The notes beneath the pieces were generated by a model that worked only from the letters and a program-made list of their open reading frames with translations, did no database searches and had not been told where the DNA came from. A stretch of DNA of 63,541 nt from a virus (taxonomy: Duplodnaviria > Caudoviricetes): positions 1 through 63,541 of the IMG/VR virus record IMGVR_UViG_3300032322_001418. One strand, written 5' to 3'. Numbering within the stretch: position 1 is the first letter of the stretch; each line of letters opens with the position of its first letter. A program made the translations under genes and the position numbers. Of the stretch, positions 56,601-63,541 are shown one piece after another.

Positions 56601-59090
56601 GTCCTCAGGCCAGTGTCTGGCCAGATCGAGTTGTGGGCCATGTACATGGCTGGCGTGCGCGCCAAGCGGCTGTTGTCAGAGGGTCGCGAGAACCTGTTCA
56701 AGCCTGAAGAAATTGATGCGATGGTCAAGCTTGGCGACGTGTACCCGATGTTCAAGGAAGTCGCCAAGGACTACGCAGCGTTTCACAAGCGTGTGCTGGA
56801 CTTTGCGCAGGAAGCCGGGGTCATCAATCCCGAGACCCGGCCAATGTGGGAGAACGCGGATTACGTCCCGTTCTACCGTGTCGAGGACGACCGTCTGGTC
56901 GGGCCGCTTGGCCCGGGTCGTGGCATCGCCAACGTCAGATCTCCGATCAAGCAGCTGAAGGGCGGCACCGAGAACGTCCAAGACATCATGCACAACATCA
57001 TGGTCAACCTCACCAATCTGGTAGACGGTGCCATGAAGAACCATGCTGCGTTGCTGGCGGTGGATTCACTGCGCCAGAGCGGCATCATTGCGCGTGAGCC
57101 GTTGGCGTTCTCGGCAGAGCTGATCCCGCTGGAGCAGGTCAAGAAACTGCTGATCGACAAGGGGATCAATCCGGCGACCATCCCGCCTGATGCCCTGAGC
57201 GGGTTCCAGAAGATGTTTGCCCTGCAGGCCCCGAAGGGCGACGGCATCATCAGCGTGCTGCGCAATGGCAAAAAGGAGTTCTACTACACTGACGACCCGA
57301 TCCTGTTCAGGGCGCTGTCGTCCATCAACCAGAAGTCGTGGGGCGCATGGATGAGCCTGCTGCGCGGGCCGAAGCGCCTGCTTACTTCATGGGTTACGCT
57401 GGACCCGGGCTTCATGATCGCCAACTTCATGCGCGACGCCTTGTCGGCATTCGTCATCAGCCGCGACAAGTTCATCCCGATGGCGGCCGGGCTCAAGGGT
57501 TTCGCCAAGGCGCTGGTCAAGGACGAGGACATGCGGACGCTGCTGTCGTCAGGCGCGTCATTCGAGTCAGGCTTCATCAGCCAAGGCGACCCGGAGACGA
57601 CCAAGCGGATGCTGAAGGCAAAGATGAAGGACAAGTCCTTTGCCAGAACCGTGCTTGACTCGCCGGTGAAGCTGTATGAGGCATGGAAGGCCATTGGGTC
57701 TGCGGCCGAGAATGCCAACCGTCTGGCCGTCTATCAGGCTGCCCTGCGTGCCGGCAAGTCCAAGGCGCAGGCTGCTTACGAGGCCAAGGATCTGATGGAC
57801 TTCTCCATGTCAGGCGACTGGCCAATGATCCAGTTCCTGATCCAGACGGTGCCGTTCATGAACGCCCGCCTGCAGGGTCTGTACAGGCTTGGTCGCGGCG
57901 CAGCAGAGCACCCGGTGGCCTTCACCATGAAGGGTGCGCTGGTCGGCATGGCTGGGCTGGCCTTGTGGTTCGCCTTCAAGGATGACGAGCGCTACAAGGA
58001 TCTGGAGGACTGGGACAAGGACACGTACTTCCACTTCTGGATTGACGACCAGCACTACCGGCTGCCGAAGCCGTTCGAGATCGGCGCGATCTTCAACACC
58101 ATTCCGGAGCGCATCTTCGAGTACATGTACTCGAACGAGACCGATGCCGGCAAGCTGCTGCTGAAGCGGTTCGGGTTCATGCTGACGGAGACGTTCTCCA
58201 TGAACCCGATCCCGCAGGCAGTGATGCCGATGGTGGAGAGCTGGTTCAACAAGAGTTTCTTCACCGGCAACCAGATCGTGTCGCCATTCGAGGAGCAGCG
58301 TCTGCCGCCAGAGCAGTACCGCTACTACACCGCGCCGACGTTCATCGAGCTTGGCAGGGCTCTGCCTGCGCCGCTCGACCTCGCCAGCGACAAGATCCGC
58401 AGCCCATTGCAGCTGCAGAACCTGTACTACGGCTACACCGGGACGCTTGGTCGGTATTTCGTGATGGGCTCTGACGCCCTGCTCAGGCACTACGCAGAGA
58501 TGCCCATGCCGCCTGAGAAGACGATCGCTGAGTACCCGGTGATCGGCAGGTTCGCTCGCGGCGACGATCCGCGACGCACCCGCTACGAGGAGGAGTTCTA
58601 CAACATGCTGCGCAAGACGCTGCAGGTTCAGAACTCGGTCAGGTTCCTCGATAAGGTCGGCGAGGATGAGCGCATCGACTACATCGAGGGCAAGTACGAC
58701 CCGTACATCGTCGTGGCCAAGGAGCTGGAGAACGCCCGCCAGCAGGTCCAGAAGCTGGATCAGCAGATGCGCGAGATCTATCTGGACCCGGCCATGACCC
58801 CGCAGGAAAAGCGGCGGGAGGTGGATCAGCTGCAGACCGAGAAGAACGCCATCTTCAAGGAAGCCTACCTGCTGCGTCCGGGTGGCCCGGAAAACAGGCA
58901 GCGTCCGGCCACGCAGGAGGAGGTCAAGTTCCTGATCGAGCGGTTCAACTTCAGCCAGCCTGAATCCAACAAGCTGCGCGAGGTTGCCCCGATCACGGCT
59001 GACCTGCTGCAGGAGATCAAGATCCTAGAGCCCAAGTCTTTGGCATCGATCGCCAAGCTCGCGCCAATCGAGGAGAGCCCGAATGAGTAG
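47646..59090 (+). CDS. 3814-aa large polyvalent (internal virion) protein: GGDEF-like, zincin metallopeptidase-like and C-terminal LPD38-like domains
   Basis: NRRAF...IDAD...VND.WGH..GD...SGDEF; HEIVGHYGL...EE; WDKDTYFHF...RLPKPFEIG; last gene of the ejection block. Confidence 0.85.
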   Translation: MATDPKALEQELDLAYQKFSKAHEAGDRENAKRFRDYALELEKAIEESRRQPAAPQESGIEVDEAAPKAAPKPYTPPKAEAQQPADTGIDWGEDIPPPARRDGTPILIPPGSTKPTQKTEIEGGDLWTAIKYSATSRVSNYLSARENIRRRRNLTTSLVARELPEEWRTEIESSADKPIKSMTFMELDIRARRRYGDKYDEVLGRLKENPSVASMIDEAKTDSGVNLYESIIRPAFSPSDEFSVADVWKEKLDSTVKQYSESAQQGREKPFLNPEATIEPGTWFEGTKMPWEDLDAFVLSAAENSVQIGEGIAAAAVGGKAAGPIVSRLVGRTATPQALRAATDKVAGRLGMAAGATSEAYSVKDQVEAETFQRLQSLPDEKWQTDEEYHRLRDGGLTDEEARFVRSQELSATAGNVAGVVSGLALGAPMGYLYGKLAGRQSAALGSREMVSALSRSTLGAAKGFAGEAAQEGTQEFTENTIGNVAVRMVDQEQQIFAGGLNAFLGGAAMGGAYGLAGGALSAATGVPGIDKETQKILDASRAWESAAKARWKLQAEIGDPNWGTDMLPGERLRKMVDLENLQMEEAEAFNGVEPLLRKQMTANNAGEAEFAALDRMAASAKATIDRVKQSRESREESQRAAEEQRKVDAEREQIRVKIELDQMKLADVERMADNIHKVRSMQALEQADYEELQREGYGRWNVKGDKFIITPKGVRAAGELERQAELLNQRLQSGYTGPERRANLQLRERIKAMSPEQLEAAVYLTDKTNLLNRRAFDEAEKDNPSPAYAEIDADSVAWVNDNWGHEYGDKLLSAIADAVREETKDLDGVAAYHKSGDEFAITGTSEEQLEEIMQRVKTRLQGSPIVNGKESVLPTVTWGTGPTSVDADKTMLERKKERTAAGKRADRKARPATWQSSSLLLMTGGEDVDAEPAGEHGKAQLSMLDVGYGYGFSGGEGMRFGPARADALAIPAEFAELVGDPSNLSFVRDGNGHEAISGADAKRIIEAIAEKHGIETPSSVATALSRSQVPLLEAGIRVLGREIDLSAGTVRSIIDGDAKTVALDTMNKILAGFRVAVSKSSPGMYNADSEQAALPAAWASKITLVKPSLPKQKAIRETPRFAAGSQQPFDFDFKPRYTTRAKRASRKHMRRAEAAMAAVFGQYKNLPTVTLVNTVDDLPSGVLADLRAMGGNPYGVRGMFDEKNPANGVFIVVANNLNVLSRDLKKPVSSIKPSELEGAIIETAFHEIVGHYGLRGLVGSQENLDRLAELIVKSFPREATATALRIGANMALPRHRALVGEETFAYLAGEILAKRITLDPKERTLFRRAINWVKTLLRKLKFDRFLKMTDRDMMALIAEAQIFVKSGNKWKFQTMNGETLTPYMRNMEMFKNGMLKAVQEGTKPLNKNERAALAAKDPAMAGVKEMPLFPETGTVSAYIAAVEYAMAKLGYVSKTELTASGIMEMLRPPLLRKLAFDVHPETLDENGRGLTDQQFAAHFGVPLEDLDEFLLSNSLTEEQVAKAQELVERFDLDRDIYSSERLAANNGLNAQQLRSYVDGGIDEQIKLLPPRVRPKVEELLNIRSQAMSSRDDQYINATLEIDKLFRAPADPKTTVINKKMILKWLTDAFAHVEIFPWSIADVDPTDAQAVKLAYTRITGQRPLLPGYAHDQLNDNAPWTAGDAQSFLMGLDEELRERVIAEMAAIKAKGYDYGFDPQLNRWFDWVQPNKQHEHSRYTPAGLSTEEYMTVALYDKSAMKVRSESIRHGHYSGSAWPRGNVGVLFHIRQSVVNDASKNPPTAPNSKYQGKAWYLVELQTDWFDKHRSLNSEAARVALTARTREKGDALFTSIGAFTDVVSRQVFDAMVEKTKSIIESVLPDAEQDADAWLSAATESVKQNESKRIGVQPENLRQVLIERRLKSRTSERLSMLAGEIVNFMGDRNTLLHKATSSRRLRITADAREIARANNMAVKEFLWGMSRRIVTIREAASNANWYTSWNGTEPVFSDEFKDILTFGEVTRASLYDSRSSYSSLSVHQHIANAIGTSQLSRLGYAKKELRRELELLYDKLGIDLSKLDHAMSSLSEAKVYRWSVPLDTIPVILDGEKAMHAGADSFIRSAIDYVHKVDHRYSSENFRVQSDVGNADSDVSISYTGLVAESLDEAKEVLLKAIDHYVSNELPQLFDAWADEVVVNTTRQRERNRLSSSDDQELAKKTIQWLGLEEKDTDEFSNVTEYSLGHYGIVTKEDYVSERLPDEIDFYRENGENYIDWSAEEFDDHPLDTDHPEYRSRVVVDADENEDATLADAWLEERRRERVEEMLEGGGYLYQMAEEAAASNYEDQVIYHAILPSGIVNRDLDPIPQVEIVQVKSHSGDWSVWVDGEYVAEGLSRERDADIKLMQGVIAYLEDNRVIAWKPEFPWSQQAPAQPDPVDRPEKPDFTSYAKAIAGEIEKSGEATVVDAGVLYEQVIDAAKITSSPVVPKSHLAKDEVWRLIALRYIIADAVRRGIPKVMWHGGEGTSKRGGGLSFTTVERIVWRKASMEVNGKTKDVVVIETPRYSGNSIILELSADRIAPVLGQDVYELMMRQIAGKAPLRAGEADISGTPQLDDLVIGRAGESWVLHRVGDPSILSIATTREEIEGIRSQMFADAQRNGSWTAVLSQSPVQRSISSGYGESHEETARLIADFEAKVPNLGVSEADISMSGEITGDMLGGGYIYLATHETDSFMHTPAGADSYGARLMGARINYDGMLNRIWSKELKKYGVQITSGAAVVPSSMTADEVRAEGLRVTSSYSDAFVQQYGTPVIVKISGETSGFAVVSNAGPILNRVYWTKDEAERALNEFVRTKNAELLSTKLYEFTINDALREAFSGPVVPFNYDPYKDPVLKAAAERIGSRKPSLRSRIDAWRRTWKDSFLQGTFDRFHGIKSAMTDADLLKVEAAQNPYIQARLSTSLDSVMTAVMDYGHPIWKDGIVQTEGRGLAEVLRPVSGQIELWAMYMAGVRAKRLLSEGRENLFKPEEIDAMVKLGDVYPMFKEVAKDYAAFHKRVLDFAQEAGVINPETRPMWENADYVPFYRVEDDRLVGPLGPGRGIANVRSPIKQLKGGTENVQDIMHNIMVNLTNLVDGAMKNHAALLAVDSLRQSGIIAREPLAFSAELIPLEQVKKLLIDKGINPATIPPDALSGFQKMFALQAPKGDGIISVLRNGKKEFYYTDDPILFRALSSINQKSWGAWMSLLRGPKRLLTSWVTLDPGFMIANFMRDALSAFVISRDKFIPMAAGLKGFAKALVKDEDMRTLLSSGASFESGFISQGDPETTKRMLKAKMKDKSFARTVLDSPVKLYEAWKAIGSAAENANRLAVYQAALRAGKSKAQAAYEAKDLMDFSMSGDWPMIQFLIQTVPFMNARLQGLYRLGRGAAEHPVAFTMKGALVGMAGLALWFAFKDDERYKDLEDWDKDTYFHFWIDDQHYRLPKPFEIGAIFNTIPERIFEYMYSNETDAGKLLLKRFGFMLTETFSMNPIPQAVMPMVESWFNKSFFTGNQIVSPFEEQRLPPEQYRYYTAPTFIELGRALPAPLDLASDKIRSPLQLQNLYYGYTGTLGRYFVMGSDALLRHYAEMPMPPEKTIAEYPVIGRFARGDDPRRTRYEEEFYNMLRKTLQVQNSVRFLDKVGEDERIDYIEGKYDPYIVVAKELENARQQVQKLDQQMREIYLDPAMTPQEKRREVDQLQTEKNAIFKEAYLLRPGGPENRQRPATQEEVKFLIERFNFSQPESNKLREVAPITADLLQEIKILEPKSLASIAKLAPIEESPNE

Positions 59091-59517
59091 CCCGTTCAAG
59101 TTTGGCAAGGCGTCCAACGACAAGCTGAAGACCTGCCATCCTGATCTTGTGAGGGTGGCAGAGCTTGCCCTGTCCAGATCTCCGGTTGACTTCACCATCG
59201 TCTGGGGCTGGCGGGATGCGGCCCAGCAGAATGCCATGGTTGCCGCCGGCGCCAGCAAAACCCCGTGGCCGAAGTCCAAGCACAACGCGACGAACCAAGC
59301 CGGGGAGCCTGCGTCGAACGCCATAGACTTCGCCCCGGTGGTCGGTGGAACAATCCCGTGGAAGGACACGCACCTGTTTGCCGTCGTGGCCGGCGTGCTG
59401 ATGTCTGCTGCGGTGGAACTTGGCGTCAGGCTAAGATGGGGCGGAGATTGGAACATGAATGGCCTGACCACCGATCAGACGTTCATGGACTGGGGCCACG
59501 TAGAGAGACTTGAATGA
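59083..59517 (+). CDS. Endolysin, M15-family (L-Ala-D-Glu) peptidase
   Basis: HPDL, G.R...QQ, SKH...AIDF, RWGGDW, DWGHVE. Confidence 0.92.
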   Translation: MSSPFKFGKASNDKLKTCHPDLVRVAELALSRSPVDFTIVWGWRDAAQQNAMVAAGASKTPWPKSKHNATNQAGEPASNAIDFAPVVGGTIPWKDTHLFAVVAGVLMSAAVELGVRLRWGGDWNMNGLTTDQTFMDWGHVERLE

Positions 59518-59774
59518 TGGAGCAGGGTGATATTGCCAATCTGCAGATTCCGCTGAAGTGGCTGATCACCACGATCCTCACGCTTGGCAGCGCCATCATC
59601 ATGGGTATCGGCTGGTGGATTGTCCGCGAGCTGCGCCGCAATGACGATGAGCATGTTCAGTTCGAGCGGAACCTGCGGTCAGGCAATGACCAGCTGCATA
59701 CCAAGATCGACGCCCTCGACATGAAGATCGAGCGGCTGACGCTGCATTTGATGCCGCGTGGAAACGAGAGGTGA
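59514..59774 (+). CDS. Single-TM coiled-coil lysis-cassette protein (holin/antiholin candidate)
   Basis: One TM helix then a coiled coil; coupled to the endolysin. Confidence 0.55.
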   Translation: MMEQGDIANLQIPLKWLITTILTLGSAIIMGIGWWIVRELRRNDDEHVQFERNLRSGNDQLHTKIDALDMKIERLTLHLMPRGNER

Positions 59775-60118
59775 CACCCATGTCTGACTGGTTCAATTCG
59801 TACCCGGTGCTGGCTGTGCTCTGCGTTCTGGGGGCCATGGTCAGCATCCTCAAGCACTGGCACGCGGCCTCCCAGCGCGGGGCGAAGATCAACAGGGCCT
59901 TCATCTCCGCCTACTTCGTTGACCACTGGGTCGAAACCGCGCTGGCCATGATCGGCGCGGCAGCCATGTTCATCATTGCCGCCTCGACTGGGCAGCTCAA
60001 CGTCATGGCCGCCCTGACCGCCGGCTACACCGGCAACTCGCTGGCCGACCTGCTGTCCGGCAACCGGGGTACCCGTAACGTCCTGACGGCTGGCCCGCCG
60101 GGCAGGGATGGACCGTGA
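59771..60118 (+). CDS. Putative holin
   Basis: Two or three hydrophobic segments; between endolysin and spanins. Confidence 0.65.
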   Translation: MTPMSDWFNSYPVLAVLCVLGAMVSILKHWHAASQRGAKINRAFISAYFVDHWVETALAMIGAAAMFIIAASTGQLNVMAALTAGYTGNSLADLLSGNRGTRNVLTAGPPGRDGP

Positions 60119-60561
60119 GCCCGCTTGCCCTGTTGTCCAGCCGGTGGGTGCAGCTCGCCCTGATGGCCTTGGTGGCGGCCTTTCTGGGCTGGCTTCTGCT
60201 GGGTGCCCGTGAGGAGATCGGCCGGCTGGAGGCCTCTCTGGAGGCCCAGCGGGGGCTGGTCGCCCAGTGCGCTGACGCGAATGGTGATAACCTGAAGGTC
60301 ATCGACGCCCTGCGCCGGGACATCGACGCCCTGCGCCTGAAGCGCGCCGAGGAGGCTGCCGAGCGCGAGGCGGCGCTGGCCGAGCGGGATCGCCGGCTGG
60401 CGCAGGCTGAGGCAGCGGCGGCTGCCGAGAGGAGGAAGCGCCGTGAGCTATTCCGGAGTAGCCCAGACTGCGAGGCCTTTGGTGGCCTCCGGGTTGATCT
60501 GGCTTGCCCTGCTGTCGCTGACCGGCTGCGCCAGCGAACAGAGGGTCATCGTCCGGACTGA
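60115..60561 (+). CDS. Inner-membrane spanin (Rz-like)
   Basis: N-terminal TM, long coiled coil, C-terminal Cys pair. Confidence 0.8.
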   Translation: MSPLALLSSRWVQLALMALVAAFLGWLLLGAREEIGRLEASLEAQRGLVAQCADANGDNLKVIDALRRDIDALRLKRAEEAAEREAALAERDRRLAQAEAAAAAERRKRRELFRSSPDCEAFGGLRVDLACPAVADRLRQRTEGHRPD

Positions 60562-60760
60562 GCGGGTAGAGGTTCCGGTGGAGGTGGTGAAGCCCCTCCC
60601 AGAGGGACTGACCCAGCCGATCCCGCGTCCGGAACCCCTACCCGCCCAGTACACCGTCGAGGACGTGTTCGACCTGATCGACACGCTCTACGACCTGCTG
60701 GACCGCGCCAACGCAGACCGCGAGGCGGCCGGCAAGCTCACCCGGCCGTCGCCGCCTTGA
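60443..60760 (+). CDS. Outer-membrane lipoprotein spanin (Rz1-like)
   Basis: Lipobox LSLTG-C, Pro-rich; overlaps the i-spanin 3' end in another frame. Confidence 0.82.
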   Translation: MSYSGVAQTARPLVASGLIWLALLSLTGCASEQRVIVRTERVEVPVEVVKPLPEGLTQPIPRPEPLPAQYTVEDVFDLIDTLYDLLDRANADREAAGKLTRPSPP

Positions 60761-60938
60761 TCACCCTGATCGCGCGCGGCCGGATTTCCTCGACCATCGA
60801 CATGATCTGCTCGCCGTGACGCTGGCACTGGGCGGCCCATGCCTCGTTCTTGTGGAACGTGGACACGCAGCCGCAGCGGAAGGCAACGTGCGTCACCTTC
60901 TCTGTTGCACAAAAGCTGTTGCGTGGAACGGCACCCAT
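60738..60938 (-). CDS. Small Cys/His hypothetical protein
   Basis: FRCGC...CQRHG; start uncertain. Confidence 0.4.
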   Translation of the reverse strand: MGAVPRNSFCATEKVTHVAFRCGCVSTFHKNEAWAAQCQRHGEQIMSMVEEIRPRAIRVIKAATAG

Positions 60939-60975
60939 ATATGTCAATGATGCACAAAGACATAGGCACGCGCAA

Positions 60976-61164
60976 GTGATCGCATTCCTGCTGCTGGTTT
61001 TCAGCCTGTTCTGCTTCCCTGACTGGCCAGTGTTTGGCGCGCTGGGAATCGCCGCAGCCTTTACCATAGCCTCGCGCACTAGGCTGTACCCCAGCCCATA
61101 TTTCGAGGCTGTGGCAGCCTGTAGCGCCTTGGCTGGGGCCATCGTCTGGGTGGTGCTAGCTTAG
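60976..61164 (+). CDS. Small hydrophobic membrane protein
   Basis: Almost entirely hydrophobic 62-aa ORF convergent with the PagL-like gene. Confidence 0.45.
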   Translation: MIAFLLLVFSLFCFPDWPVFGALGIAAAFTIASRTRLYPSPYFEAVAACSALAGAIVWVVLA

Positions 61165-61724
61165 AAGCGCCACGAGATGGCGGCCAAGTCGCGGCCCAGA
61201 TTCGACTTGCCCACGCAGCCGGGCTCGCCATTGCACACCTTGCGCGAGGTGCCGGCATTCGAGAAATGCCGGGCAATGACCAGCGCCAGACGGTCGGTGA
61301 ACCTGTAGCGCAGCATCGGCATGAACTGGATCGTTCCGGAGTTGTAGGCGTCCTCGTTCTGCAGGACGGCCAGCCCAAGGCCAATGTCCAGCTTGCCGAA
61401 GCCGTCAACGATCGCGCCATGCACAGCGATCTGGTTGCTTTGGAACTGCCCGTTGTACGTGCTTGACCCGATGAGGTGGAACCCAGCCTCTAGGCTGGTG
61501 TCCAGCGGACCCGGGGTGGCAACGACAAAGCCCAGCACCGGGGTCGGCCCGCGCGCATAGGTGCTGCCAGCCTCGATCATCAGGTCGGCAGCCTCGGCCC
61601 GCCTGCAAGTCGTTGCGAAGGCGACGATCAGCAGGATCAGGAAGATGACGAGTGTCCACCTGACCGGCTTGTCATGCGGCAGCAGCGGCGCGATCAGCGC
61701 ATTCAGCTTGTCCCAGAGTTTCAA
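61161..61724 (-). CDS. PagL-like outer-membrane beta-barrel (lipid A 3-O-deacylase family)
   Basis: Signal peptide ending AEA; alternating amphipathic strands; HFSNAG...NLGRD motif; terminal WRF. Confidence 0.78.
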   Translation of the reverse strand: MKLWDKLNALIAPLLPHDKPVRWTLVIFLILLIVAFATTCRRAEAADLMIEAGSTYARGPTPVLGFVVATPGPLDTSLEAGFHLIGSSTYNGQFQSNQIAVHGAIVDGFGKLDIGLGLAVLQNEDAYNSGTIQFMPMLRYRFTDRLALVIARHFSNAGTSRKVCNGEPGCVGKSNLGRDLAAISWRF

Positions 61725-62113
61725 TTGCCAGCCCTCCGCTCAAGCCTGACGGTATCGCCAAGCACGATGATCCCCTTCTCGCGCATCCACTGCCGCGCCT
61801 TTTCGCGGCGTTCCTCAAGGTCAGTTTTCTCCTGCCCGACAGCGATGCGCGGCTCAAGCAGTAGAAATTCAGAGCTGGGTGGTTCCAGCATGATGCTCAG
61901 CTTGTTCACGATAGTCATAGGTCACCTCTGGACAACACGGTCCAGCCACATCCGCACTTCAGCCTCGGTGATGGGACGGCCAATGCCGTCCCTCACCGCA
62001 GCGTTCTTGGCTGCCGTCAGCACACTGACGGTCTCTGGGTCGAACGGCCCATTGCGCAGCAGGTATTCGCTGAGCGCATAGTTGGCCGTGAATTCGTTGT
62101 TGCAGTCGGTCAT
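61721..62113 (-). CDS. Two small hypothetical proteins (61721-61918, 61922-62113)
   Basis: Coupled ORFs with GAGGTG / GAGGG RBS. Confidence 0.6.
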
Positions 62114-62718
62114 TACTTCGGACCCTCGCCGCTGACCTGCTTTTTCTGGTCCTCGACGCTGATCTTGCGCTCCTCGGCCTTGGGCTCGACAACCGGGGTC
62201 ACCACCGGCGGCACCGCAGCCGGGCAAGACTCCAGCACCTTGGCCGCCTCGGTGGAACACAGGATGATCAGCGCCTCTCTGGTGTAGCCGATGGCGGCGA
62301 AGCTGCGTGCAGTCTCACGCTTGTCGCACTCAAGATCGCGATACGACTTGCCAGCACCCACGCCAAAGCCAGCGGCGCTGACGCCACCATTGGCGACACC
62401 CATGCAGACAGCTGACGGGAACAGCCCGCCAAGCGCTACATCCGGGGTGTTGTCGCGGGTTTTCGCAGCCTCGAACGTGATCGAGTTGTCGGCGCTGGAG
62501 TTGCTGTTGGCATTGGAGTCGCTGAACGAGCTGGACTTGCTGCCGCTGAACGATGCGCTCTTGCTGCTGCTGATCGCCAGCTGCCCCTGAGACTGCGCCT
62601 GCGCCTGCTGCTGGTGCTGAGCCTGCTGCTGATCGTGCTTTGGCGGGGTCGGCTTGGTAGCCGCAGCCGGAAACGCCAGCGTTGCGCCGATGATCGTCGT
62701 GATGATGAAACGGTTCAT
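62113..62718 (-). CDS. Secreted Gln/Ser-rich protein with Cys-containing core
   Basis: Signal peptide ending AAA; CMG..NGGVSAAGFG.G.G...D.EC..RE. Confidence 0.75.
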   Translation of the reverse strand: MNRFIITTIIGATLAFPAAATKPTPPKHDQQQAQHQQQAQAQSQGQLAISSSKSASFSGSKSSSFSDSNANSNSSADNSITFEAAKTRDNTPDVALGGLFPSAVCMGVANGGVSAAGFGVGAGKSYRDLECDKRETARSFAAIGYTREALIILCSTEAAKVLESCPAAVPPVVTPVVEPKAEERKISVEDQKKQVSGEGPK

Positions 62719-62722
62719 GGTA

Positions 62723-63166
62723 TTACCCTCTGCTGATGATCTTGAATTCGGTGTTAGGAATCATGATGACTGGCTCCTCGTCTCCAGTCTGCCCACGGTC
62801 TGTCCTGCCTCCCCATCGTATGTCGTAGCCCATGCCAGTGTTCGGTGGCCACTTGCCATAGACAATCTGGTCGCCCCACTCGAACACGAGAAAGAATGGC
62901 TTGTTGGTCTGCTGTGCAAGCTGCTTCATATAGACCCACTTCGAGACCGACAGCAAGACCGTGTTGTACTCGCCCCATGCTGTCGGCCCGCGATATTTGT
63001 ACTCGCCCCAGCCCAGCAAGCCGTTGTTCCTGATCAGCGCCCAGTCGCAGCGGTACAGCGAGTCATCCAGCTTCATGAGCTTGCACTGCCACTTGTCGCA
63101 TAGCAGCACGCGCGCGGCATCCTCGCGGGCCAGATCTTCCGGTGTTTCGTTGCGCGGCCTAGACAT
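62723..63166 (-). CDS. PD-(D/E)xK-like nuclease-fold protein
   Basis: YRCDWAL...WGEYKYR...LSVSKW...PFFLVFEW.D. Confidence 0.6.
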   Translation of the reverse strand: MSRPRNETPEDLAREDAARVLLCDKWQCKLMKLDDSLYRCDWALIRNNGLLGWGEYKYRGPTAWGEYNTVLLSVSKWVYMKQLAQQTNKPFFLVFEWGDQIVYGKWPPNTGMGYDIRWGGRTDRGQTGDEEPVIMIPNTEFKIISRG

Positions 63167-63168
63167 GG

Positions 63169-63396
63169 TTACAGCACATCCCCCATCAAATCGCTGACCA
63201 GACACATGTCATTGTTGTCAGCGTCCTCTTTATCGCCCGGATCAGTCCACTGCAGGCTGATGATGGTGTAGCACTTCACACACTCGATCTGCCCGTTCTC
63301 GCGTATCCAAAACTGCTGTCCACCACAATTGTGTTCCCAGACCCTGACGATGCGCCGTTCCTTGAACGAGCCAAAATCAGCGACCTTATCATTCAT
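63169..63396 (-). CDS. Small Zn-ribbon protein
   Basis: HNCGGQQF...IECVKC. Confidence 0.6.
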   Translation of the reverse strand: MNDKVADFGSFKERRIVRVWEHNCGGQQFWIRENGQIECVKCYTIISLQWTDPGDKEDADNNDMCLVSDLMGDVL

Positions 63397-63541
63397 ACTT
63401 CACCTCGCACGCCGCCAGCGCGGCGTATTCAGCCTCTACTCGCAGTTTGTTCCCCCACCATGAAAGGGGGTCTTGATGGTATTCGCATGCTGTGCCTGCT
63501 AGGTATCCGTCAACAGCCATCTTTGCCAACTTCTTCAGCGC
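63389..63541 (-). CDS. 3' part of the origin-spanning LRAEVEA-repeat gene
   Basis: In frame with 465-1; ends ...LAACEVKYE* overlapping the next ATG. Confidence 0.75.
   Translation of the reverse strand, partial: ALKKLAKMAVDGYLAGTACEYHQDPLSWWGNKLRVEAEYAALAACEVKYE
63419..63541. repeat. Terminal direct repeat (copy 2)
   Basis: Identical to 1-123. Confidence 0.95.

Noticed and set aside
47646-59090. Giant ORF as an N4-like virion RNA polymerase or tape measure protein
   Set aside because: I could not find T7-type or DxDGD polymerase motifs or tape-measure periodicity; the domain content fits a polyvalent protein, though an HMM search is needed to exclude a divergent polymerase
63419-63541. 123-bp terminal repeat as a true T7-like DTR or att site
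   Set aside because: It lies in the middle of a coding sequence and has the size expected of an assembler overlap

Overview
The window is an apparently complete, circularly assembled ~63.4 kb tailed dsDNA phage genome. Bases 1-123 are repeated at 63419-63541, and one minus-strand ORF reads in frame across that junction. It is GC-rich and podovirus-like, with a nozzle/adaptor and ejection proteins but no tape measure, tube or sheath genes. The host is a Gram-negative, probably proteobacterial, cell (two-component spanins, PagL-like barrel, SSB ending DDIPFD). Layout: leftward early genes, YqaJ/RecT/SSB recombination, HTH regulator, SF2 helicase plus Zn-ribbon/TOPRIM primase, small nucleases, a leftward accessory block with tRNA-Gln(UUG), then terS, a ~10 kb accessory insert, terL, portal, GroES-like protein, scaffold, capsid, tail and fibre genes, GNAT, ejection proteins, a 3814-aa polyvalent protein and a lysis cassette. 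I recognised no integrase, DNA polymerase or CRISPR array. Best leads: (1) a variant GGDEF (SGDEF) domain inside the giant, probably co-injected polyvalent protein; (2) a ~390-nt pseudoknot-capable non-coding RNA between a sigma70 promoter and the helicase-primase operon, facing a divergently transcribed non-canonical tRNA-like RNA; (3) a phage-encoded PagL-like lipid A deacylase; (4) a Ser/Thr/Gly-rich fibre plus glycosyltransferase, dehydratase and methyltransferase cassette between terS and terL; (5) a parS-like site at a strand-skew switch. All family calls are by eye from motifs; no searches or folding programs were run.
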